From NCBI GenBank assembly GCA_030537635.1, contig JAUNVM010000002.1, positions 47,049 to 111,048 of the forward strand: a DNA stretch of 64,000 bases, read 5' to 3'. A model generated the notes under the pieces. That model had not been told where the DNA came from. It did no database searches and was given only the letters and a program-made list of their open reading frames with translations. This document shows, in pieces, positions 9,320 through 17,668 of this stretch (position 1 is its first letter; each line of letters starts with the position of its first letter). This stretch comes from Flaviflexus sp. GTDB lineage: Bacteria; Actinomycetota; Actinomycetes; Actinomycetales; Actinomycetaceae. The position numbers and the translations under genes are program-made.

Positions 9320-10873
9320 ATGAAAATCGCCGTGGAACCCACCTGGCGAAGGTATGACCTGCCGATCGGCACGGTGTATTTCCGCAGTTCGATTCCCGGC
9401 GACACACCGCAGCCAAGCTCTGCCGATTCTCTCGACTTTGCGCGGGCCCAACGCGGTTGCTGGGGTGCGATTATTGACCGCGGCTCCGACGTCATTGCGC
9501 TGACCGACGGTCCACGCTCCTATCCCCTGTTCTTCACCGATGACGGAGTTATTGCCACCCACCCGAGCCTGATCGGCAGCCGCGAGCTCAACCGGGATGC
9601 TGCCGGGGAGTTTCGTCATCAGGGTTTTGTCAGCGGGTGGGACACTCTCTTGACGGGCGTGTCCTCAGCTCCGGCCGGCTCAGCGCTCACCTTCACCGAT
9701 GGGACGGTCCGCCACTCCTATCACCAAGCCCCCTACACACGCGACAACTTCGATGGGTCTGCCGAGGAGTTCATGGAGGTCTTTGGGCGGCTATCTCGGC
9801 AAGCCATTGATCGCCTCCTCGCCGAGTCCGGTGACCGGCAGCTTCTCGTCCCCTTATCCGGCGGCGCCGATTCCCGGTTTATTATTGCGCTGCTGCGGGA
9901 TGCTGGGGCAAAGAACGTCCTTGCCTACACGTACGGCCTACCGGGTACGAGCGAGCCGGAAATCTCTCGCCAGGTGGCTCGCCAGGCCGGCTTTGACTGG
10001 GTGGGAATCGAGCTCGACGTTGCCGACATGCGCCGGCGCTGGCGCCGACCGGAGACCGCCTCATTCCTCGCCGATACGTGGAACGCCCAGGGGCTACCGC
10101 ACATTCAGGACTGGTATGCGCTTGGAAAGCTGCGCGACATGGACGAGGTTGAGCCGGGAGCCATCGTTCTTCCCGGGCACACGGTGGTTGGAAAGCTCCA
10201 CGATGATTGGGCCTTTGACCAAAACCTCAGCATCCGCCAACTCGCCGGCATTCTCGCCAAGAAGCACGCCAATCTGCAGGGCACACCGTCCTATCCGCTC
10301 ACCGTGGCAGCACCGCGCACGAAGCTTGCCGCCTTCCTCCGCGAGGTTGGTGACCTCTCCATCGCCCGCACCTTCATCGCTGCCAATCTGCTCGGCAGGC
10401 AGGCCAAGTACATCACCAATTCGGTTCACGCCTACGAGCACTTCGGCTTCTCTTTTGCCCTCCCGCTCTATGAGCGGCCGATCTGGGAGCACTGGCTAAC
10501 AGCTCCCGCCGAGATTCATAATTCGGCACGCACCCAGTACCGCGCACACGTCCACCGAGTCTTCAACCAGGATTCAGCCCACGGCTCCGTTCACTACGAG
10601 CAGCCCCCGGCAGCGCGCCTGCCCGCCGGCCTGGTCACAACCTTGAAGACAGCCCTGTCCGCCGTGGGTGTTGACGATGCGGTGAAGAATGCCTATCGCG
10701 CCACCGTCGAGCTGCGTCACCCCCTCGGTCTCCACGCTTTCACCGGAGATCTCTCTGGCCGACAGGTCGCCGGCCAGTTGTTTTCGGGGACCTCGCTCAT
10801 GGGAATCTACGCCGACCTCTTCCTGTCCGGAAAGTGGCTCGGAGCCAGCGCCCCGTACCGGCTCTGGTCCTAA
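9320..10873 (+). CDS. Asparagine-synthase-like PP-loop ATP pyrophosphatase lacking the N-terminal Cys nucleophile
   Basis: The motif LLVPLSGGADSRFIIALL (SGGxDS PP-loop) lies ~175 aa in, as in AsnB. The N-terminus is MKIAVEPTW rather than MCG. GAAGGAG Shine-Dalgarno lies 7 nt upstream of ATG 9320. Confidence 0.75.
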   Translation: MKIAVEPTWRRYDLPIGTVYFRSSIPGDTPQPSSADSLDFARAQRGCWGAIIDRGSDVIALTDGPRSYPLFFTDDGVIATHPSLIGSRELNRDAAGEFRHQGFVSGWDTLLTGVSSAPAGSALTFTDGTVRHSYHQAPYTRDNFDGSAEEFMEVFGRLSRQAIDRLLAESGDRQLLVPLSGGADSRFIIALLRDAGAKNVLAYTYGLPGTSEPEISRQVARQAGFDWVGIELDVADMRRRWRRPETASFLADTWNAQGLPHIQDWYALGKLRDMDEVEPGAIVLPGHTVVGKLHDDWAFDQNLSIRQLAGILAKKHANLQGTPSYPLTVAAPRTKLAAFLREVGDLSIARTFIAANLLGRQAKYITNSVHAYEHFGFSFALPLYERPIWEHWLTAPAEIHNSARTQYRAHVHRVFNQDSAHGSVHYEQPPAARLPAGLVTTLKTALSAVGVDDAVKNAYRATVELRHPLGLHAFTGDLSGRQVAGQLFSGTSLMGIYADLFLSGKWLGASAPYRLWS

Positions 10874-10928
10874 TCCCGCCGGCCGGCGGCGTTTCTCCTG
10901 CGCACTCCCTCATCTCGCCGGGTTAACG

Positions 10929-10960
10929 CTGCGGGGTCGGCCCGTCGGCCGACCCCGCAG
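10929..10960. terminator. Bidirectional intrinsic terminator between convergent genes
   Basis: Perfect 13-bp GC-rich stem CTGCGGGGTCGGC / GCCGACCCCGCAG with a 6-nt loop. Confidence 0.65.
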
Positions 10961-11023
10961 ACTCAGAAGGTGTCTACCCCTTCTGGCTGTTAGGGGTTTG
11001 GCCAGGCATTGGGGCGGCAGGGC

Positions 11024-12679
11024 TTAACGAACAGAGTCTGCTGCTGCATGACCGGGGGCGAGGCGCCCCGCCCCCGGGCACTGGCGGTGTCCGTTGCCAA
11101 GAACATGGCCCACCTCGTGATTGATGACGTACTGGCGGTACTGAGTGAGATTACCGCCGGCCTGAAGGAAGGGCTCGGTGGAGTAGGCCCAGCGACGAAT
11201 ATTGATGATCGCCTGGTTGCCGCGCCGGCACGAGGTGTAGCCGTTGGTGTCAAGCGGAGCGCAGAGCCGATCCACAAGGGAGGGTGAGGCCAGGATGACT
11301 CTCATCTGGCCACCGGAGGACACCCGAGTGAAGTTCCTTCCCCAGCCGCGCCGGTCGTTGAGAATGCCATGCACCTGGGAGGCGAAGACGTCCCCGTGCA
11401 CCGGCAGGCCGGCCTCGACCTCCACCTGGTAAGTGAGCTTGCGATATCCGGACTTACCCGCCTGGCTGCCGGGAACCCGCTCGGTCCATCCCTGACCCGA
11501 CCAGGGGATTTCCTTGCCGGGGATGAGGGAATCGCTGGGCTTGGGCGGTGCCTTGCGCACCCGCACCGGATAATCGGCGAGCCTGCCATCGGCCCAGATC
11601 ACCCACACGTGGGCATTAATACCCGACTGATTGGCCACCCCAAGGGTGCGGGCCAGGGACCAGCCGCGACCGATCTGATATCCAGAAAAGCCGGTGCCGG
11701 CCTTATTCGTTTCGTACAGGCGCAGGTAGCCGCGCGAGTCAACGGCCAGCAGGTCGGTGCGCCCCGAGCCGTTCCAGTCGCCGGCCGCCCGCAGATACTT
11801 GACGGATCCCCAGCCGCGGCCAACGGTGGTACGGCCGGTAAAGGCGCCGCGCCCGTTGGAGGTGTAGAGATGCAAGCCACCGGCGCCATCCACTGCGGCG
11901 ATCGCGGGCTGGCTGCCAATGGAACGCTGAAGGGGAGCCATGAGGCGCATACCGTTCCAGCCGGTGCCGATCAGCTTCGATCCGGAGAAGCCGCCCCTCC
12001 CGTTACCGTAGAAGACGCGCAGCTGCCCGGAATTGTGGCGGGCAATGAGGTCGGGATTGCCATCTCGGTTCCAGTCAATCTGGCCGAGGAGCAGATTGTA
12101 GTTGTTCCAGCCCCGGCCAATTCGCTTGGGCGAGCGGAATGTGGTGGTGGAGTATCCGGCATAGAACAGCAGGCTGCCATCGGACTTGACGAGCATCATG
12201 TCGTCAAACCCGTTCTTATCCCAGTCCCCGGGGTAAACAACCCCCTCGGCCGGCCATCCCTGCCCAATATTCTTCGGGGAAGAAAAGGCGACCTCGGTGT
12301 GCCCGGGAAGCCCCGTTGCCGAGCGCGACATCGGCATAAGCCGGCTCTCCACCTCGGCATCGCTCTCCAGCGCGTCTTCCAGCTCGGCCGTGTCCTCCTC
12401 GGCGGCTACGCCCTCGGATTCTACCGCCGGGCTCGGCTCCGAGTTGTCCCGGCTGGGTTCGGTCTCCTCTTGGCTGGGTGCCTGGTCGAGGGCCGGATCG
12501 GCCGGGTCCGTCGTCGCCGGCTCATCGGAGATTGCCCGATCACCGGGGCGTTCAGGAACATCGGAGGCGCTATCGGATTCAACCGTGGAGGTCGCCTCCG
12601 AATCAGTCGTCCCGACTGCCGGGCTCGTCAGGGCGAGAACCATCCCACAGCTCAAGGCCAGTGCTTTCATGATGCGCAT
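11024..12679 (-). CDS. Secreted FG-GAP/VCBS-repeat protein fused to a DUF3152-type HExxH zinc metallopeptidase domain; 3' end apparently frameshifted
   Basis: Signal peptide MRIMKALALSCGMVLALTSPAVG, then an acidic low-complexity linker. At least four ~50-aa repeats follow (GDWDKNGFDDMMLV..; IDWNRDGNPDLIAR..FYGNGRGGF; GDWNGSGRTDLLAV..). The C-terminal domain has YVINHEVGHVLGNGH. The expected conserved tail continues in another frame (see findings). Confidence 0.75.
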   Translation of the reverse strand: MRIMKALALSCGMVLALTSPAVGTTDSEATSTVESDSASDVPERPGDRAISDEPATTDPADPALDQAPSQEETEPSRDNSEPSPAVESEGVAAEEDTAELEDALESDAEVESRLMPMSRSATGLPGHTEVAFSSPKNIGQGWPAEGVVYPGDWDKNGFDDMMLVKSDGSLLFYAGYSTTTFRSPKRIGRGWNNYNLLLGQIDWNRDGNPDLIARHNSGQLRVFYGNGRGGFSGSKLIGTGWNGMRLMAPLQRSIGSQPAIAAVDGAGGLHLYTSNGRGAFTGRTTVGRGWGSVKYLRAAGDWNGSGRTDLLAVDSRGYLRLYETNKAGTGFSGYQIGRGWSLARTLGVANQSGINAHVWVIWADGRLADYPVRVRKAPPKPSDSLIPGKEIPWSGQGWTERVPGSQAGKSGYRKLTYQVEVEAGLPVHGDVFASQVHGILNDRRGWGRNFTRVSSGGQMRVILASPSLVDRLCAPLDTNGYTSCRRGNQAIINIRRWAYSTEPFLQAGGNLTQYRQYVINHEVGHVLGNGHRQCPGAGRLAPGHAAADSVR

Positions 12680-12815
12680 GCCTACTCCTTCATCAACCTA
12701 GAACTACAGTAGCCGTCGACACCGCAACATACGAGGAAAGGGGTCATCTACCTGAGTTTTCAGGCGTGAGTACGGGACTAGGCGGGGCAAAGAGTATTCC
12801 TCAGCCCGCTAGGTC

Positions 12816-14126
12816 CTACGTTGTGGATTCGGTAACCCCGCGCCGGTCATAACGCTTGGCCGCGAAGACGGCAATGACGGTGAGGAGGATGAGGCAGCCG
12901 GCCATGAGGAGCCCGAGAACCTGAACGGTGGGAAGCAGGTCGTTGTAGGGACTCCACTTGAGCCAGCTCAGCGGGACGACCGTGTAGAAGATCGAGTGGG
13001 CGAGCACCCAGTGCTGGGTACCGGTCACGACGAACATTTGGGAGATCGGCGAGGTGATGAGGAGCATGCACAGCCAGGGAATGAGCGCCCTCGCGTAGTG
13101 CCCCGCCATCTGCCACTCCGAACCAAAGACGATGGGGAAGAGCCAAGGGGACACAATCCACAGCACGACGAAAGGCAATGTGCCGATGGCGATGGCGCGC
13201 TTGATGGAACGCACGACCTCCCGGGTCATCTTCCCCGGCTCAATTCTCGAGAGCTTTTGGAAGAACACCTGGGATACCGCGGAGTTGATGAGGGTGACGG
13301 GCACCTGGACGGTGCGATAAGCGACCAGATACTGCCCGAGCTGGGGCAGGGAGATGAGGCCGATAAGCAGGATGATGCCGTTGCTTCGAATCGTGTCAAC
13401 GAAAACATTGGGCCCATTGAGCACCGGCATCTTCCAGTGCTTCTTCGCCAGCTGCTTGATCGAGGGAGCTCCCTCGGTGGAGATGGTGCGCAGGTCGGTG
13501 GCCTTGCGGCCGAGATTGACGAAGGCGAAGGCCTGACCAATGATCTGGCCGAAGATGAGGCCGGGCAGGGTGAGGATCCCGGCGAGGCCAAAGCCGAGCT
13601 GCCCGCCGGACATGCCGACCTGCTGGAGCACCCGGTTGCGGGCGATGGTCTTGTAGTCGGTTTTCCGGTTGAACCAGAACTGGAGCATGGTTGCCCCGGC
13701 CATGAAGAACGCCGAGACGCCAATGAGGGGAAGCCAGGTGGCCACGCCCTCGGTATAGTGCTTAGCTGCGAGCGGCCGCAGGGCAAAGCCGGCGATAACG
13801 CCGAAGATGGAGACTCCGATGATGCAGCGGAAGGCGAGGCGGGCCACCTGCTTGGCCGCGCCATCATCGCGCTCGAGCATGATGGCCAGGTCATAGCGGC
13901 CGGCGCCCATGGCGATGAGCATGGCTGCGAGCGACGTGAAGGTTCCCGCCTCTCCCCAGGTGGCCGAGGAGAACATGCGGGTGAGAACCATCGTCATGAA
14001 AAAGACGATGATCTGGGAAATCGCGGTGCCCGTCATCAGGGTGAGGACGTGGCGAAGGAAGGGGGACGAGGCGCTGACGGATTTCACGTAGGCCGTGAAT
14101 CTTCCGAGCATGCCTCGCCCCCTCAT
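12816..14126 (-). CDS. wzx: Polysaccharide flippase, MOP/PST superfamily (Wzx-like)
   Basis: 436-aa protein with ~12 TM helices. The N-terminal region LRHVLTLMTGTAISQIIVFFMTMVLTRMF is typical of the Polysacc_synt family. It sits directly downstream of the sugar-nucleotide genes. Confidence 0.75.
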   Translation of the reverse strand: MRGRGMLGRFTAYVKSVSASSPFLRHVLTLMTGTAISQIIVFFMTMVLTRMFSSATWGEAGTFTSLAAMLIAMGAGRYDLAIMLERDDGAAKQVARLAFRCIIGVSIFGVIAGFALRPLAAKHYTEGVATWLPLIGVSAFFMAGATMLQFWFNRKTDYKTIARNRVLQQVGMSGGQLGFGLAGILTLPGLIFGQIIGQAFAFVNLGRKATDLRTISTEGAPSIKQLAKKHWKMPVLNGPNVFVDTIRSNGIILLIGLISLPQLGQYLVAYRTVQVPVTLINSAVSQVFFQKLSRIEPGKMTREVVRSIKRAIAIGTLPFVVLWIVSPWLFPIVFGSEWQMAGHYARALIPWLCMLLITSPISQMFVVTGTQHWVLAHSIFYTVVPLSWLKWSPYNDLLPTVQVLGLLMAGCLILLTVIAVFAAKRYDRRGVTESTT

Positions 14127-14150
14127 GTAGGTTCCCGCGCGCGGCGTGAG

Positions 14151-15155
14151 CTAGAGCTTGACCGTCTCGCCGGTGTGAGCGGATTCGAGGATGGCCTCGA
14201 CGACCTCGAGGGTGCGAACCCCCTCGGCCATGGTCACCGTCTCGTTGCCCACGCCGTTGACCTTGTCGCGGAAGCGTTCCTGCTCCACGCGCAGCGGCTC
14301 GCGCTTTTCGATGGCGTAGCGGGTGACGTCTCCCTCGGAGACTCCCCTAAAGGCCGCCACCGCATCCCATTTCGTCGGCACGGTGCCGTTGGCGTAGAAG
14401 GTGAGATCGTTGTTCATCGTGTCCGCGAGCAGGGCGCCGCGCTCGCCGGTGACGAGCGTGAGCCGCTCCTTGAACGGGGAGAGCCAGTTGACGACGTGGT
14501 TGACGATGATGCCGCCCTCGAGGCGGCCGGTGGCCACCATCATGTCCTCGTATTCGCGCCCGGCCCGGTGGGTTGTGTGGGCGGCGATGGACTCGTAGCG
14601 GGCACCGGCCACGTAGGAGGTGAGATCCACGTCGTGGGTGGCGAGGTCCTTGACGACGCCAACATCGGAGATCCGGGCCGGGAACGGGCCCTGGCGCCGG
14701 GTGAGGATCTGATAGACCTGGCCGAGCTCGCCGGCGGCGAGGCGCTCGCGCAGGGCGATGATGGCGGGATTGCACCGCTCCACATATCCGACGGCGCCGA
14801 TAAGCTGGGCCTCCTCGAAGGCCTCGGCAACCCGGCGTCCCTCCTCGACGGTGGCGGCGATCGGCTTTTCCACCATGGTGTGCACGCCGGCCTTCGCGAG
14901 CTTGAGCGCGATCTCCTCGTGGTAGATGGTGGGGACGGCCACCATGGCGGTGTCGATGCCGGCGGCGATGAGGGCGTCAACATCGGGCAGGACGTCCAGG
15001 CCCTTGGCGACGTTGAACTTATCCCCGCCCGGATCGGCGATCGCCACGAGCTCCATGCCCGGGGTTTCCCGGATGACGCGGGCGTGGTGGCGGCCCATCG
15101 AGCCGATGCCGATGAGGCCGGCCCGCAGGGTCTTGTTTTCCTGCTGCTCGCTCAT
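14151..15155 (-). CDS. Gfo/Idh/MocA oxidoreductase, UDP-GlcNAcA 3-dehydrogenase-like (WbpB/WlbA type)
   Basis: LRAGLIGIGSMGRHHARV (N-terminal Rossmann) and VEKPIA (EKP motif). Its start overlaps the aminotransferase stop by 1 nt (TAATG). Confidence 0.8.
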   Translation of the reverse strand: MSEQQENKTLRAGLIGIGSMGRHHARVIRETPGMELVAIADPGGDKFNVAKGLDVLPDVDALIAAGIDTAMVAVPTIYHEEIALKLAKAGVHTMVEKPIAATVEEGRRVAEAFEEAQLIGAVGYVERCNPAIIALRERLAAGELGQVYQILTRRQGPFPARISDVGVVKDLATHDVDLTSYVAGARYESIAAHTTHRAGREYEDMMVATGRLEGGIIVNHVVNWLSPFKERLTLVTGERGALLADTMNNDLTFYANGTVPTKWDAVAAFRGVSEGDVTRYAIEKREPLRVEQERFRDKVNGVGNETVTMAEGVRTLEVVEAILESAHTGETVKL

Positions 15156-16252
15156 TAGGCTCCCGCCTTCGCAACCGCATTGACGGCCTCGACGATGCGG
15201 TCAAGATCGCCCTGGCTAAGGGAGGGATGCACGGGCAGGGAAATGACCTGGGCCGCGGCGAGCTCGGTGTTGGGCAGCTCGAGGTTCGGGGCGAAGTGCG
15301 CGAGCGAGGGCAGCCGGTGGTTGGGGATCGGGTAGTAGACCCCGCAGCCCACCTTGTATTCCTCGCGCAGCGCGTTGGCAAAGCCATCCCGGTCGTTTTC
15401 CACCCGGATCGTGTACTGGTGGTAGACGTGCTCGGCCTCGTCGGCCACGTGGGGAACGATGACGCCCTCGAGGTTTTCGGACAGGAAGGCGGCGTTCTCT
15501 TGGCGCTTGGCCGTCCATTCGGGCAGGTGGCGCAGCTGGACGCGGCCGATGGCGGCGTGAATATTCGTCATGCGATTGTTGAGGCCAACCAGCTCGTTCT
15601 CGTACTGCTTTTCCATACCCTGGTTGCGCAGCAGGCGAATCTTGCGGGCCACCTCCGGATCGGAGGTGGTGACCATGCCGCCCTCGCCGGACGTCATGTT
15701 CTTCGTCGGGTAGAGGGAGAAGGCGGCGAAGGTGCCGAAGGTGCCGACCTTTTCCCCGCCGAGCGCGGCGGCGTGGGCCTGGGCGGCATCCTCGAAGATC
15801 ATGAGGCCGCGGCTGTCGGCAATCTTTCGCAGCTCAGCCATCTTGGCCGGGTGGCCGTACAGGTGCACGGGCATGATGCCCTTGGTGTTCTCGGTGATCG
15901 ATGCCGCCACCGAATCCGGGTCAAGCGAGTAGTCGTCGAGGGCAATGTCGGCAAAGACCGGGGTGGCGCCGGTGAGGGCAACCGAGTTGCCGGTGGCAGC
16001 GAAGGTGAAGGAGGGGACGATCACCTCATCGCCGGGGCCAATGCCGGAGGCGAGGAGGCCGAGATGTAGGGCGGAGGTGCCCGAGTTCACGGCGATGGCC
16101 TCGGTTCCGGGGGCGAGGGCGGAGAATTCCTCCTCGAAGGAGGCCACCTCCGCGCCCTGGGCGAGCATGCCGGAGGCGAGTACGGCATCAACCGCTTCAC
16201 GTTCTTCAGAGCCAATGATGGGCTTGGCGGCGGGGATCATGGGGAGATCCAT
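15155..16252 (-). CDS. DegT/DnrJ/EryC1/StrS PLP aminotransferase (WbpE/WlbC type)
   Basis: AAKPIIGSEEREAVDAVLASGMLAQGAEVASFEEEF..; FSLYPTKNMTSGEGGMV (PLP-lysine region). Confidence 0.9.
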   Translation of the reverse strand: MDLPMIPAAKPIIGSEEREAVDAVLASGMLAQGAEVASFEEEFSALAPGTEAIAVNSGTSALHLGLLASGIGPGDEVIVPSFTFAATGNSVALTGATPVFADIALDDYSLDPDSVAASITENTKGIMPVHLYGHPAKMAELRKIADSRGLMIFEDAAQAHAAALGGEKVGTFGTFAAFSLYPTKNMTSGEGGMVTTSDPEVARKIRLLRNQGMEKQYENELVGLNNRMTNIHAAIGRVQLRHLPEWTAKRQENAAFLSENLEGVIVPHVADEAEHVYHQYTIRVENDRDGFANALREEYKVGCGVYYPIPNHRLPSLAHFAPNLELPNTELAAAQVISLPVHPSLSQGDLDRIVEAVNAVAKAGA

Positions 16253-16257
16253 GAGGA

Positions 16258-16860
16258 CTACACCTTCCGTAGGGTCGGGATATCAGAATCGATTTCTTCA
16301 TACAGGGTACCGCTTGCCGGGCAGCGCCACCGCTGACTTCCGGCCCGCTCCAGCTTGACTCCGGCGTGTCCCACCCAGCCGATCTGCCGGGCGGGAACGC
16401 CCGCCACCAGGGCGTGCGGCGGAACGTCCTTGGTGACCACCGATCCGGCGGCCACCATGGACCATTCGCCGATGGTCACGGGAGCCACGCACACCGCGCG
16501 GGCGCCAATCGCGGCGCCGGTTTCAATGGTGACCCCCACCTGCTCCCAGTCCGAGGCGGATTTGAGCGAGCCATCGGGATTGATGGCGCGGGGGAAGTGA
16601 TCATTGGTGAGCACAACCGCCGGACCAATGAACACCCCGTCGGCGAGCACGGCCGGCTCGTAAACGAGCGCATAGTTTTGCACCTTGCAGTTCTTGCCCA
16701 TCCGCACGCCCTCGCCGATGTAGGCGCCGCGGCCAACAATGCAGTTTTCGCCGAGAACGGCGTTTTCGCGCACCTGGGCGAGATGCCAGATTGACGAGCC
16801 CGCACCAATGGTGGCCTCGGGCGACACATCGGCCGTCTCGACCACCCGAACGTCCTTCAT
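16258..16860 (-). CDS. Left-handed beta-helix N-acetyltransferase (WbpD/WlbB type)
   Basis: Hexapeptide repeats are visible (IGAGSSIWHLAQVRENAVLGENCIVGRGAYIGEGVRMGKNCKVQN), and the length is ~200 aa. First gene of the operon. Confidence 0.8.
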   Translation of the reverse strand: MKDVRVVETADVSPEATIGAGSSIWHLAQVRENAVLGENCIVGRGAYIGEGVRMGKNCKVQNYALVYEPAVLADGVFIGPAVVLTNDHFPRAINPDGSLKSASDWEQVGVTIETGAAIGARAVCVAPVTIGEWSMVAAGSVVTKDVPPHALVAGVPARQIGWVGHAGVKLERAGSQRWRCPASGTLYEEIDSDIPTLRKV

Positions 16861-16939
16861 AAAGCTTCCTATTCCGGGTGAAAAACCCTGAGTATCGCTG
16901 TGTTGGAGCTACTAGAACGATACATGAGACACTAGGTTC

Positions 16940-17644
16940 ATGACCGCTCAAGATGACGCCCAGTTGGCGCGCCGCACCTGGCTTGTCGTGCCGCTCTATA
17001 ACGAGGCTACCGTTATTGCCTCGGTCATCGAGAACACCCGTGAGGTCTTCCCCAACATTGTGTGTATTGACGATGGCTCGGCCGATGATTCGGCGGCGCT
17101 AGCCGAAGCGGCCGGGGCGCACCTCGTGCGCCACCCCATCAATCTCGGCCAGGGAGCCGCCCTGCAAACCGGCTTCGACTGGGTGCTCACCTACACCGAT
17201 GCCGACTGGGTGGTGACATTTGATGCCGATGGTCAGCACCGCACCGAGGACGCCATGGCGATGGTGCGGTGTGCGCAGGCCGGCAACCTCGGTTTCGTGC
17301 TCGGCTCCCGCTTCCTCGCCGACACACATCAGGCGGGTCTGCTCAAGCGCATGGTACTGCAGACGGTGGCGTGGATTTCCGCCAAGCGAGGCGGGCTCAA
17401 GCTCACCGACGCCCACAACGGCCTGCGGGTATTGTCCCGCGAGGCCCTCTCCCGCATTCACCTCCACCAGAACCGGATGGCGCACGCCTCCGAGATCACC
17501 ACTCAGCTCGCGCACACCCATCTGCCATGGGCGGAGATGCCGGTGACGATCGACTACACCGAATACTCGATGTCCAAGGGCCAGAGCCTGCTCAACGGCG
17601 TCAATATCCTCACCGACCTGTGGTTCGGCGGCCACAAGGCTTAA
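16940..17644 (+). CDS. Glycosyltransferase family 2, GtrB/polyprenyl-phosphate glycosyltransferase-like catalytic domain without TM segments
   Basis: LVVPLYNEATVI..CIDDGSADDS..VTFDADGQH (DxD)..TDAHNGLRV. 234 aa, with no hydrophobic C-terminal helices. Confidence 0.8.
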   Translation: MTAQDDAQLARRTWLVVPLYNEATVIASVIENTREVFPNIVCIDDGSADDSAALAEAAGAHLVRHPINLGQGAALQTGFDWVLTYTDADWVVTFDADGQHRTEDAMAMVRCAQAGNLGFVLGSRFLADTHQAGLLKRMVLQTVAWISAKRGGLKLTDAHNGLRVLSREALSRIHLHQNRMAHASEITTQLAHTHLPWAEMPVTIDYTEYSMSKGQSLLNGVNILTDLWFGGHKA

Positions 17645-17668
17645 CATGGTCGGCAGAATGGAGAACGA

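Noticed and set aside
12996-15158. 720-aa ORF on the + strand spanning the wzx and WbpB-like genes
   Set aside because: It is antisense to two well-supported genes. Its composition is dominated by G/D/E/H/A/R with no motifs. Long stop-free antisense frames are expected in GC-rich DNA with GC-biased third positions.
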